NCBI GenBank assembly: GCA_040290145.1
Contig: PSML01000003.1
Span: 1-58,823, forward strand
Direction of reading: 5' to 3'
Origin: Meiothermus sp.
GTDB lineage: Bacteria > Deinococcota > Deinococci > Deinococcales > Thermaceae
Length of the DNA: 58,823 bases
Shown here one piece after another: positions 43,887 through 52,929 of this stretch (within the stretch, counting starts at the first letter, position 1; the number at the start of each line of letters is the position of its first letter). The position numbers and the translations under genes are program-made. Under the pieces are notes generated by a model, which saw only the letters and a program-made list of their open reading frames with translations, ran no database searches and had not been told where the DNA came from.

Positions 43887-45071
43887 ATGCTGACCGAGAG
43901 AAGTCGCGAGCTGTGGTGGGAGTGGGATGCCGAGGAACGGCAGATCGTAGGCACGCTGAAGGACTTCCTCAAGGCCGAGGTGGCCCCGGGTGCTGCCGAG
44001 CGCGACAGGACCGGGGAGTTTCCCTTTGAGATCGTCAGGAAGCTGGGCGAGCTGGGGGTGATGGGGGCCAACGTGCCCGAGCAGTACGGCGGGGCCGGGC
44101 TTTCTACGCGGGTTTTCGCTCGGGTGCTGGAGGAGATCGGCGCGGTGGACGGTTCCTTGGGCCTTACGGTGGCCTCGCACAACTCGCTCTGCACCGGGCA
44201 CATCCTGATCGCCGGGAACGAGGCCCAAAAGCGCGAGTTCCTTCCCAAGCTGGCCAGGGCTGAGCTGCTGGGGGCCTGGGGCCTCACCGAGCCCGGGAGC
44301 GGCTCGGACGCGGCAGCGATGCGCACCCGGGCCCTGGAGACCCCGGAGGGCTTCGTGCTGGAGGGCTCCAAACAGTTCATCACCCAGGGCTCGGTGGCCG
44401 GGGTCTACGTGATCAACGCCCGTACCGACGCCGCCCCGGGCGAAGACAAGAAACACCTCGGGCTTTCGGCCTTTGTCTTCTACGCTCCGGTGGAGGGCTT
44501 GCGGGTGGGCCGCAAGGAAGAGAAGCTGGGCCTGCACTCCTCGGATACCGCCCAACTCATCTTTGAAAACCTGCACTTGGGCCGAGGGGCTTTGTTGGGC
44601 GAACGAGGCAAGGGCTTTTACGACGTGCTTAGGGTACTGGACGGGGGGCGGATTGGTATCGCGGCCTTGAGCGTGGGCCTGGGGCGGGCAGCATTGGAGT
44701 TCGCTGCCCAGTACGCCCTCGAGCGCGAGCAGTTCGGCAAGCCCATCGCCGAGTTCCAGGGGGTCTCCTTCAAGCTGGCCGAGATGTGGACTAACCTGGA
44801 AGCGGCCCGGCTGCTCTACCTGCGGGCGGCTGAGCTCAAGGATGCCGGGCGCCCCTTCTCTGCGGAGGCGGCCCAAGCCAAGATGTTCGCCTCCGAGGTG
44901 GCCGTACGGGCCTGCGACGAGGCCATCCAGATCCTGGGCGGCTATGGCTACATCAAGGAATACCCGGTCGAGCGCTACTGGCGCGACGCCCGGCTGATGC
45001 GCATCGGGGAGGGCACCACCGAGGTGCTCAAGGTCATCATCGCGCGGAACCTGCTGGCCCGGTTCAAATAA
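43887..45071 (+). CDS. Acyl-CoA dehydrogenase
   Basis: ACAD N/M/C domains with a C-terminal catalytic Glu region. Start at ATG 43887; a TTG alternative lies at 43857. Confidence 0.8.
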   Translation: MLTERSRELWWEWDAEERQIVGTLKDFLKAEVAPGAAERDRTGEFPFEIVRKLGELGVMGANVPEQYGGAGLSTRVFARVLEEIGAVDGSLGLTVASHNSLCTGHILIAGNEAQKREFLPKLARAELLGAWGLTEPGSGSDAAAMRTRALETPEGFVLEGSKQFITQGSVAGVYVINARTDAAPGEDKKHLGLSAFVFYAPVEGLRVGRKEEKLGLHSSDTAQLIFENLHLGRGALLGERGKGFYDVLRVLDGGRIGIAALSVGLGRAALEFAAQYALEREQFGKPIAEFQGVSFKLAEMWTNLEAARLLYLRAAELKDAGRPFSAEAAQAKMFASEVAVRACDEAIQILGGYGYIKEYPVERYWRDARLMRIGEGTTEVLKVIIARNLLARFK

Positions 45072-45095
45072 TCTGGACGGTGAGCCCAAACCCTA

Positions 45096-45905
45096 TTGAT
45101 TGGGCTCACCCTGGCGCAACGTAGAGGGGTGGTGCAGCTCGCTGCCAACGCCCTCCCGGAGTTGCTCGAGCTTCTCGGAAGCCCGATAATCCCGCTCGAC
45201 TACCTCAAATGCCCGCTTTCCCCGAACTCGCGGGCCGAGGTCGAGGCGGCCCGGAAGCACCGCCCGGTACTGCTGCACGGCTGGGGTCCGCCGGGCTACT
45301 CGGTGAGCATGGCCCGGGTTCCTGAGCCTGCGCTGTTGCAAGAACTCGCCGCCCTGAGCGACACCCCTTACCTCTCGGCGCACATGGACTACGTCCCTGA
45401 CCGGGATGGAGAGCTGACCCCCGCGGGCCTGCTGTTGCGGATGCGCCAGAGTGTGGAGGAGCTGCGGCGGCTCACCGGGCTCGAGGTGCTGCTGGAGAAC
45501 CTTCCCTTTGTGCCCTGGGGCAACCGGCCCCGCTACCTCAGCGACCCCGAGTTCATCCGCGAAGCCCTGGAGGCGACCCAGACGGCCTTCCTGCTCGACC
45601 TGGCCCACGCCCGCATCGCGGCCCATCACCGCCACCAGGACCTCGGGGGCTACCTGGAACGGATGCCGCTCCAGGGGGTCATCGAACTGCACGTCTCCGG
45701 GCCGCGCCTGGAGGAAAACGGCCTGCGCGACCGCCACCGGGCTTTGAGCCAAGCCGACTATGAGGCGCTGGAGTGGGTGGTGAGCCGCACCCCCCACCTC
45801 AGGATGCTGACCCTCGAGTACCAGGGGCAAAACGGCGGGCCAAGGGTCTGGCTCGAGCAGTTGGAACGCCTGGATGCCCTGCGGCACCGGCTCAACCACC
45901 GCTGA
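45096..45905 (+). CDS. DUF692/UPF0276-family protein (multinuclear non-heme iron oxidase, MNIO, MbnB/TglH-like TIM barrel)
   Basis: 269 aa. Block-wise match to the DUF692 pattern: LLHGWG..SVSMA, SAHMDY, LENLPF, FLLDLAHARIAAHH..DLGGYLERMPL..VIELHVSG...LTLEYQG (compare MbnB LLLDLHN..AHN..YLERLPL..HLHLAG..IEFDG). Confidence 0.55.
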   Translation: MIGLTLAQRRGVVQLAANALPELLELLGSPIIPLDYLKCPLSPNSRAEVEAARKHRPVLLHGWGPPGYSVSMARVPEPALLQELAALSDTPYLSAHMDYVPDRDGELTPAGLLLRMRQSVEELRRLTGLEVLLENLPFVPWGNRPRYLSDPEFIREALEATQTAFLLDLAHARIAAHHRHQDLGGYLERMPLQGVIELHVSGPRLEENGLRDRHRALSQADYEALEWVVSRTPHLRMLTLEYQGQNGGPRVWLEQLERLDALRHRLNHR

Positions 45906-45996
45906 ACGTGCGTCGGCGTGGGTGTAGACCCTAGAACAAAGGTCAACTCCGCGAGCGAGCCACGGGTTATCCGGCCCGGCCCCATGGGCCTGGGGG

Positions 45997-46086
45997 GTGA
46001 TCCACGAAGCGTTCGGCCTCAACCAGGACATCCAGGAGATCACCCGGCGCTTGGCCGAGCAGGGGTACGTGGCCCAGCGTCGCTGA
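45997..46086 (+). pseudogene. Dienelactone-hydrolase N-terminal fragment (gene remnant)
   Basis: VIHEAFGLNQDIQEITRRLAEQGYVAQRR* matches the DLH N-terminal block (vv.iqEifGvn.hird.adrlA.eGYvalaPdlf) and is then truncated. Confidence 0.4.
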
Positions 46087-46151
46087 AACCGGCCTGCTCA
46101 CCTGGAAGATGCCCCTTTGTACCGAGTATAATTTCACCCGAGGAGGCCACA

Positions 46152-46559
46152 ATGGAGATCTTCACCCAAGCCTGGGCCGAGGCCTATCACAAGGCCCTGA
46201 GCGAGAACCAGGAGTACAAGAAAGCCGCCGCCCGTTGGGAGGGCGCGATGGCCCTGATGCTTCGCGCCGACCCCGCCGCCGGGATCCCCGAAGACCGGGC
46301 GGTGCTCCTCGACCTCTGGCACGGCGAGTGCCGCGGGGCCAAGGCCGTGAAGCTGGATGAGGCCATGCGCGAGGCGCAGTACGTGATCGAGGGGGATTCG
46401 CACATCTGGCAGGAGGTCTTGGAGGGCAAGGCCGAACCCCTGATGAGCGTGATGCGGGGCCGCCTGCATCTCAAGAAAGGCTCGATCTCGGCCCTGGCTC
46501 CTTACGTCAAGGCCGCCCAGGAGTTGGTCAAGACCGCCCAGCGGGTCGCCCAAGTATGA
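46152..46559 (+). CDS. SCP2 (sterol-carrier-protein-2-like) domain protein
   Basis: Start at ATG 46152 with AGGAGG RBS and TATAAT at 46127-46132. 135 aa with an SCP2-type hydrophobic ligand-binding fold. Confidence 0.55.
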   Translation: MEIFTQAWAEAYHKALSENQEYKKAAARWEGAMALMLRADPAAGIPEDRAVLLDLWHGECRGAKAVKLDEAMREAQYVIEGDSHIWQEVLEGKAEPLMSVMRGRLHLKKGSISALAPYVKAAQELVKTAQRVAQV

Positions 46560-47599
46560 AAGCGGTGATCTACCAGGGCCCCGGCCAAGTGGCGCTGGGG
46601 GAGGTGGACGAGCCCGAGTTGTTCTCGGCTTCGGATGCCTTGGTCGCCATCGAGCTAGCGGCCATCTGCGGCTCGGATCTGCACGTCTACCACGGCTCAG
46701 TCCCGGGGGTACTGCCGGGTATGAGCCTGGGGCACGAGTTCGTGGGAAGGGTGCTGGAGACTGGCCCGGAGGTGCGCAGGGTCAAAAAAGGCGACCGGGT
46801 GGTGGGCAGCTTCCACACCGCCTGCGGCGAGTGCGCGGCCTGCCGCAGGTCGCGCTACTTCGCCTGCACGAACGGGATGGTCTACGGCTACGGGATCGCC
46901 TTTGGAGGGTTGGGTGGGGCCCAGGCCGAAAGAGTCCGGGTTCCCCAGGCTGACCTCTCGCTCCGCAAGATTCCCCACACCCTGCCCGCCGAGGAAGCCA
47001 TCTTGGCGGGGGACATCCTCTCCACCGCCTATGGCGGGGTGCGACCCTGGCTCGAGCCCGGCATGGGCGTGGTGGTGGTGGGCGCGGGGCCGGTGGGCCT
47101 GATGGCCGTGGAGGTGGCCCGCACCCTGGGGGCGGGGCGCATCTACGCGGTGGACTTCGACACTCACCGTTTGGGGATCGCGGAAAAACGCGGGGCTATC
47201 CCGCTCAACCCCAAGGAGCGCGACCCGGTCGCCCAGCTCTACCGCGAGACCGAGGGCTTCGGTGCGGACCTGGTGGTGGAGGCGGTGGGCGGGGAGGGGA
47301 AGGCCCTCGAGACCGCCTTCAAGCTGGCCTCCCCCGGCGGGGTGGTGGCCTCGCTGGGTGTGCCTACCGTGGAGACCTTTACCTACCCCTGGCTCGAGGC
47401 CTTCACCCGGGGCCTGCGCTTTCACGGCTCGTTGGCGAACGTGCCGCGCTGGATGGACGAGGTGTTGGCTTTGCAGGGGGCCGGGCGGATCAGCGGAAGC
47501 TGGATTTTCAGCCACCGGCTCACCTTGGACGAGGCCCCGCAGGGGTACGAGATGTTCGACAAGCGGGAAGCCGTGAAGGTGGCCCTGACCCCGGCTTAG
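46556..47599 (+). CDS. Zinc-dependent alcohol dehydrogenase (MDR family)
   Basis: 347 aa. Contains GHEFVG and the structural-zinc CGECAAC motif, plus Rossmann GAGPVG. Overlaps the SCP2 stop by 4 nt. Confidence 0.8.
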   Translation: MKAVIYQGPGQVALGEVDEPELFSASDALVAIELAAICGSDLHVYHGSVPGVLPGMSLGHEFVGRVLETGPEVRRVKKGDRVVGSFHTACGECAACRRSRYFACTNGMVYGYGIAFGGLGGAQAERVRVPQADLSLRKIPHTLPAEEAILAGDILSTAYGGVRPWLEPGMGVVVVGAGPVGLMAVEVARTLGAGRIYAVDFDTHRLGIAEKRGAIPLNPKERDPVAQLYRETEGFGADLVVEAVGGEGKALETAFKLASPGGVVASLGVPTVETFTYPWLEAFTRGLRFHGSLANVPRWMDEVLALQGAGRISGSWIFSHRLTLDEAPQGYEMFDKREAVKVALTPA

Positions 47600-47611
47600 G
47601 ACACAAATGGC

Positions 47612-48844
47612 CTACTCCGGCCAGACAAACGGCCCCTCCTGCTCCACCGAGTACCCCGCCTTGCGCAACAGCTCTACCACCTCGAGCCCGTGGGCCTGGT
47701 CCCGCACCTCGAGCACCAGCTCCACCCCCACCTTGCCCAACGGTGCGAGCCACAGGGCCCGGCGGTGGAAGATGTCGATGATGTTGGCCTTGGCCTGGGC
47801 TACCCTCTCGACCACGGCGGCTAGGGCCCCGGGACGATCTACCACGGCAAGCTTGAGCAGGATATAGCGGCCCTGGCGCACCAGCACTTGTTCAATGACC
47901 CTGGCCAGCAGGTTTCCGTCAATGTTACCGCCGCACAGCACGGTACAGACCGTATCGCCGGGCTTCAGGCTGAGCTTTCCCGCGAGCAAAGCCGCCACCC
48001 CTGCCGCTCCTGCCCCCTCGACCACCAGCTTGCTCTTCTGCACGCAGTGGACGATGCCCCGGGCGATCTCGTCGTCGGTGACCTCCACCACCTGGTCCAC
48101 CCGCTCGCGGATGATGGGCAGGGTGAGGTCGCCGGGGCGTTTGACCGCGATCCCGTCGGCGATGGTCTGGGCCTCCGGCACCGCCACCGGGTGACCGGCC
48201 TCGAGGCTCGGCTTCACCGCCGAGCAGCCTGCGGCCTGCACCCCCACCACCCGAACCTCCGGCTTGAGCGCCTTGGCCGCCGTGGCGATCCCCGAGATGA
48301 GCCCGCCTCCGCCGATGGGCACCACCAGCACCGAGACCTCCGGCAGGCTTTCCAAGATCTCGAGCCCAATGGTCCCCTGCCCGGCCATGATCAGGTAGTC
48401 GTTGAAGGCATGTACCGGCACATAGCCCTTGGTCTGTTCCAACTGCCGGGCGATGGCTGCGGCGTCATCGAAGGAGTGGCCCTCGAGCACCACCTCGGCC
48501 CCGTAGCCTTTGGTGGCCATCACCTTGGTGAGCGGCGCAAAGGTCGGCATCACGATGGTCGCCTTGACCCCGTGCATCTTGGCCGCGACCGCCACCCCCT
48601 GGGCGTGGTTCCCCGCCGAGGGGGCCACCACCCCCCGGGCCTTTTCCTCGGGCGAGAGCTGGCTGATCTTGTTGTAGGCCCCGCGCACCTTGAAAGAACC
48701 GGCCCTTTGTAAGTTCTCCGCCTTGGTGTAGACCGCCACCCCCAGCTCCTGCGAGAGCGCCGTGTCGTGGAGGAGCGGGGTTTCGTGGATCAGGCCGCTG
48801 AGGCGTTTGCGAGCGGCTTGGATATCGGAGAGGGTGAGGCTCAC
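47612..48844 (-). CDS. ilvA: Threonine dehydratase (PLP, with C-terminal regulatory domain)
   Basis: Contains the PLP lysine in SFKVRGA. Start placed at GTG 48844 (VSLTLSDIQAARKRL...), with CATACAAT 6 nt upstream. A longer GTG alternative lies at 48898. Confidence 0.75.
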   Translation of the reverse strand: MSLTLSDIQAARKRLSGLIHETPLLHDTALSQELGVAVYTKAENLQRAGSFKVRGAYNKISQLSPEEKARGVVAPSAGNHAQGVAVAAKMHGVKATIVMPTFAPLTKVMATKGYGAEVVLEGHSFDDAAAIARQLEQTKGYVPVHAFNDYLIMAGQGTIGLEILESLPEVSVLVVPIGGGGLISGIATAAKALKPEVRVVGVQAAGCSAVKPSLEAGHPVAVPEAQTIADGIAVKRPGDLTLPIIRERVDQVVEVTDDEIARGIVHCVQKSKLVVEGAGAAGVAALLAGKLSLKPGDTVCTVLCGGNIDGNLLARVIEQVLVRQGRYILLKLAVVDRPGALAAVVERVAQAKANIIDIFHRRALWLAPLGKVGVELVLEVRDQAHGLEVVELLRKAGYSVEQEGPFVWPE

Positions 48845-48917
48845 GCTCTGATTGTATGAAGCCTGAAGGCTGGGGGCTAGAGACAGGGTGCCCCCCACTG
48901 GCCTTTAATATGGACTC

Positions 48918-50216
48918 ATGCGGCAGAACCTCACGGTAGAAGAAGCCCTCGAGGTCATCCTCGAGCACGCCCGGCCCTTGACCCAGACCGAGGAACTCCC
49001 CCTGGCTCGGGCTTACGGGCGGGTGCTGGCCCAAGATCTCGCGGCGCTGGTCAACCACCCCGACCAGGACGACACCTCGCTGGACGGGTACGCGGCTCGA
49101 GCCGAGGACACCTTGACCGCCACCCCGGAAAACCCGGTGCGCCTAAGGGTGATCGGGGAGGCCCCAGCGGGCAGGCCTTTTCCCCGCGAGGTCGGCCCCG
49201 GCGAGGCGGTGTGGATCTTCACCGGAGCGCCCATTCCCAAGGGGGCCAACGCCATCTTGCGGGTGGAGGACACCCGGCGCGAAGGGGACACGGTGCTGTT
49301 CTTCAAGCCGGCCAATCCCGATGGAATCCGGCCCAAGGGCGATGATTTTCGGGCGGGCGAGGTGCTGCTGAAGAAGGGCGATCTCCTCACCCCAGGGCGG
49401 ATAGGGCTGTGCGCGGCGATGGGATACCCCAGGGTCCCGGTTTTCAAACGGCCCAAGGTGGGCATCCTCACCACCGGGGACGAGGTGGTGGAGCCGGGCC
49501 AGCCCCTGCCCTACGGCGGGGTCTACAACGCCAACAACTACTCGTTGGCGGCCCTGGTCTGGGAGGCCGGGGGCGAGCCGATCCTGATGGGGAGAATCCC
49601 CGACCAGCCCCAGTTGCTGCGGGAGAAGCTGGCGGAGGCCGGGGGGCTCGACCTCTTGCTCACCACCGGCGGGGTCTCGATGGGCGAGCACGACATCGTG
49701 CGGCAACTCCTCGAGGGCGAAGTGAAGCCGCCCCAGCGGCCCGGCGATGCCGGTACTCCAGTGAAGCCGCCCCAGCGGCCCGGCGATGCCGGTGCTCAAG
49801 GCCAGATCCACTTCTGGAAGGTTCGGCTGCAACCCGGCGGGCCGCTCCTCTTCGCCGAGTGGAACCGGATCCCCCTCTTCGGGCTGCCGGGGAACCCGGT
49901 CTCGAGCATGGTCACGTTCTTCCTGTTCGCCCGGCCCTATTTGTTCAAGGCGCTATCCCGCACCGATGCGCCGTACAGCCTGCTCGAGGCCACCGCGGCC
50001 ACCCCCTTCAGCCCCAACCCCAGCAAGGTGGCCTACCGCCGGGCGGTGCTCTCCTTCGGATTGGATGGCCTCCAAGTTCGCACCACCGGCAACCAATCCA
50101 GTGGGGTCTTGCGCTCGATGGCGGTGGGGAACGCGCTGGTGGTGCTGGAGCCGGGGGTTGGTGTGGAGGCCGGGCAGAGGGTGCGGGTCATTCCGCTGGG
50201 GTTCACGCTGGGGTGA
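48918..50216 (+). CDS. moeA: Molybdopterin molybdenumtransferase MoeA carrying a 78-bp in-frame tandem-repeat insertion
   Basis: MoeA domains are present and the GGVSMG motif is intact. ...EGE[VKPPQRPGDAGTPVKPPQRPGDAGAQ]GQIHFWKV... is the inserted segment. Confidence 0.8.
   Translation: MRQNLTVEEALEVILEHARPLTQTEELPLARAYGRVLAQDLAALVNHPDQDDTSLDGYAARAEDTLTATPENPVRLRVIGEAPAGRPFPREVGPGEAVWIFTGAPIPKGANAILRVEDTRREGDTVLFFKPANPDGIRPKGDDFRAGEVLLKKGDLLTPGRIGLCAAMGYPRVPVFKRPKVGILTTGDEVVEPGQPLPYGGVYNANNYSLAALVWEAGGEPILMGRIPDQPQLLREKLAEAGGLDLLLTTGGVSMGEHDIVRQLLEGEVKPPQRPGDAGTPVKPPQRPGDAGAQGQIHFWKVRLQPGGPLLFAEWNRIPLFGLPGNPVSSMVTFFLFARPYLFKALSRTDAPYSLLEATAATPFSPNPSKVAYRRAVLSFGLDGLQVRTTGNQSSGVLRSMAVGNALVVLEPGVGVEAGQRVRVIPLGFTLG
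49722..49799 (+). repeat. Two tandem 39-bp repeat units inside moeA
   Basis: gtgaagccgccccagcggcccggcgatgccggtactcca followed by gtgaagccgccccagcggcccggcgatgccggtgctcaa. The same unit occurs inverted at 35611-35647. Confidence 0.75.
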
Positions 50217-50408
50217 GCCACCTTGAACTTCCCGCTAACATCGGTCATACTAGAGAAGTTTTGCCTTTGGGCGGAACCTCCCCTTACAGAAACCCCTGGG
50301 TTTTCGGACGGGGATGGGTGCCGACGGGCCCAAAACCGTGGAGTCCCCGCTAAAGGGTTAGCGTGAGCGTGTTCTTTCGGGGTAGCGGTAAGGCCCTGGA
50401 GGACTTGC

Positions 50409-51977
50409 ATGGAGTTCAAAGATTTTGCTTTGCGGCCGGAGGTGCTCTCAGCCCTCGAGGCCAAAGGTTTCACCACCCCCACCGCCATCCAGGCCCAGGC
50501 CATCCCCTTGGCCCTGGAGGGCAAAGACCTGCTGGGCCAGGCCCGTACCGGAACCGGGAAGACCCTGGCCTTCGCCTTGCCGATTGCCCATAGGCTCGAG
50601 GCTTCCCGCCAGCGCGGACGAGCCCCCCGGGCCCTGGTCCTCACCCCCACCCGCGAGCTGGCCTTGCAAGTCGCGGGCGAGTTGGCCTGGGCGGCTCCTC
50701 ATCTGCACGTGCTCAGCGTCTACGGCGGCACCGGCTACGGCACCCAGGCCGAGGGGCTGCGGCGCGGCACCGACGTGGTGGTGGCCACGCCGGGCCGGGC
50801 CATCGATTACCTCGAGCAGGGCATCCTCGACCTCTCGCAGATCGAGATTGCCGTGCTCGACGAGGCCGATGAGATGCTCTCGATGGGCTTCGAGGAAGAT
50901 GTGGAGAAGCTGCTGGGCGCGACCCCGGCCTCCCGCCAGACCTTCCTCTTCTCGGCCACCGTGCCGAGCTGGGCCAAGCGCCTGGCCGAGCGCTACATGC
51001 GGGATCCGGTTCACGTCAACGTGGTCAAGGACGAGCAGGTGAGCTACGAGGAGCTGGCCCTGCAAGCCCCTTTGCAGACCCGCTTGAGCACCCTGGCCGA
51101 CGTGATCTTCGTCTACGCCCCCGAGCGCACCATCGTCTTCACCCGTACCAAGGCTGAGGTGGACGACCTGGCCCTGGGTTTGCAAGCCCGGGGGATCGGG
51201 GCGGTACCCATCCACGGGGACATGAGCCAGCGTGAGCGCGAGCGGGTCCTCTCCCGCTTCCGTGAGGGAACCGATAGCGTGCTGGTCGCTACCGATGTGG
51301 CTGCGCGGGGCCTCGACATCCCCGAGGTGGACCTGGTGGTGCACTTCCGCCTGCCCGAGAAGGCCGAGCCCTACCAGCACCGTTCGGGGCGTACCGGGCG
51401 GGCCGGGCGGAGCGGGCGGGTGGTGCTGCTCTACGGGCCGCGCGAGCGCCGCGAGCTGGAGAACCTCGAGCACGCCGTCAAGCGCCGCTTCAAGCGGGTC
51501 AACCCTCCCACCCCCGAGGAGGTCCAGGAGGCCAAATGGCAGAGGTTGCTGGCCCGCCTCACCCAGCAGCCGGCCCACGAGCGCGCCCCCTGGCGCGAGA
51601 TGGCGGACCGGCTGGTGCATGACCGTGAGGCCATTGCCGGGCTCCTGGCGTTCATGCTGGGCACGGTCTCGCCTCCCAAGAGCCTCATCACCGGCGAGGA
51701 GGGCTGGGTTACGGTGAAGCTCTGGGGCCCTCGCCTCAGCGTTGCGCGGGTGGTGGCGGTGCTCAAGAAGGCCGGGGCGGGCCGGATCGGGCGGATCGTG
51801 CTCGCGCAGGATGCCGCCTACCTCGACGTGCAAGCCGACGAACTCGAGACGATCCAGCGAAACCTCAGCGAGTTCCAGCTCTCCCGCGCCCACGAGGTTC
51901 CCGCCGAGAGCCCCTCCCGTGGGGCCCCCCGGCGGGAGCGTTCCTATGGTGAGCGCCGCCGGGTGGTTTCGCGCTGA
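50409..51977 (+). CDS. DEAD-box ATP-dependent RNA helicase (DeaD/CsdA-like with a C-terminal DbpA-type RNA-binding domain)
   Basis: Q-motif, GTGKT, DEAD, SAT and HRSGRTGRAGR motifs. GGAGG RBS. Confidence 0.85.
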   Translation: MEFKDFALRPEVLSALEAKGFTTPTAIQAQAIPLALEGKDLLGQARTGTGKTLAFALPIAHRLEASRQRGRAPRALVLTPTRELALQVAGELAWAAPHLHVLSVYGGTGYGTQAEGLRRGTDVVVATPGRAIDYLEQGILDLSQIEIAVLDEADEMLSMGFEEDVEKLLGATPASRQTFLFSATVPSWAKRLAERYMRDPVHVNVVKDEQVSYEELALQAPLQTRLSTLADVIFVYAPERTIVFTRTKAEVDDLALGLQARGIGAVPIHGDMSQRERERVLSRFREGTDSVLVATDVAARGLDIPEVDLVVHFRLPEKAEPYQHRSGRTGRAGRSGRVVLLYGPRERRELENLEHAVKRRFKRVNPPTPEEVQEAKWQRLLARLTQQPAHERAPWREMADRLVHDREAIAGLLAFMLGTVSPPKSLITGEEGWVTVKLWGPRLSVARVVAVLKKAGAGRIGRIVLAQDAAYLDVQADELETIQRNLSEFQLSRAHEVPAESPSRGAPRRERSYGERRRVVSR

Positions 51978-51978
51978 T

Positions 51979-52275
51979 TTAGCCCCGCAGGGGCTTGCGG
52001 GTATCCCGCCGCGTCAAAAGCCAGACCCCCAGCACGATCACCGCCAGGGGAACCGCCCAGTGCAGCAAGAACCCCAACACTGAGAGGACCCCGCCCACCA
52101 GGGCCCCGATCAAGCCCAGCACCAGCCCCAACCCCCCTACCACGATCACCACCGGCAGGGCCATCGCCCCGAAGACCAGGGCCAGGATCGCGAAGATCAC
52201 CCCCAGAATCGGGCCCAAGAGTCCGGTTGCCAAGAGAATCCCGCCGATCAGGAGAACCCATCCGAGTGTCGGCAT
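51979..52275 (-). CDS. Small hydrophobic membrane protein (about 98 aa, 3 TM helices)
   Basis: Start at ATG 52275 (MPTLGWVLLIGG...). Gly/Leu/Val-rich helices. Promoter-like TTGACG-16-TTACAC lies upstream. Confidence 0.4.
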   Translation of the reverse strand: MPTLGWVLLIGGILLATGLLGPILGVIFAILALVFGAMALPVVIVVGGLGLVLGLIGALVGGVLSVLGFLLHWAVPLAVIVLGVWLLTRRDTRKPLRG

Positions 52276-52380
52276 AGCAAAAGAAGTGTAAGGCAGATTT
52301 GCTAAAGCGTCAAGTGACACTTTATATTTTATAAACCGCAACCCGCTCAGCTATCGGAGCTGGGTTTGGGCCCGGGGGCT

Positions 52381-52785
52381 TCAGAGGTCGAGAAACCGTC
52401 GGCGCAGGGCGGGGGTAGGAACCAGGCAGCTTTCCCGCCGGCCGAAGAGGCGGTAGCGGTGGCGGGCCACCCAGCGATAGACCCGGTCGCGCCAGGGTTT
52501 GGGAACCCGGCGGAAGATACCCAACAGGCGCCACATCCCACCCAGGCGGTGGAGGATCTGTAAGGCGGCGTCGGATTCGAGATAGACCTGTTCGCCCTCG
52601 AGCACCACCACGCTATCGGCCAAGGCCTGCGGGGTTGAAATCCCGTGCTCGGCCAAGATCCGCTGCCCGACCTCGGACTGCTGCGCGGCGAACAGAAACC
52701 TCTCTGCTCGGTCATGCCGCAGGATAAACCGCACCGTCCCATTGCAGAGGTTGCATACCCCATCGAAGAGGACGAGGGTCTTCAT
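52381..52785 (-). CDS. DCC-family thiol-disulfide oxidoreductase (DUF393)
   Basis: Start at ATG 52785 (MKTLVLFDGVCNLCNG, CxxC). Confidence 0.65.
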   Translation of the reverse strand: MKTLVLFDGVCNLCNGTVRFILRHDRAERFLFAAQQSEVGQRILAEHGISTPQALADSVVVLEGEQVYLESDAALQILHRLGGMWRLLGIFRRVPKPWRDRVYRWVARHRYRLFGRRESCLVPTPALRRRFLDL

Positions 52786-52929
52786 GGCCCTTAGGATAGC
52801 GCGGATCGGGGGGTTTGAAGGTAGGGGTGATCGGTAGCAGGACATTTGTGATCCGCACAACCCGCCGGGCTGCGCGTGTTGCATTAGAATGCGATACGCC
52901 TTCACAAACCCCCCAGGGAGGACTTAGGC

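Noticed and set aside
52786-52929. Possible Moco riboswitch upstream of moaA.
   Set aside because: The region is only about 140 nt and shared with a divergent promoter. I could not recognise the conserved Moco-RNA features by eye. An Rfam scan is needed.
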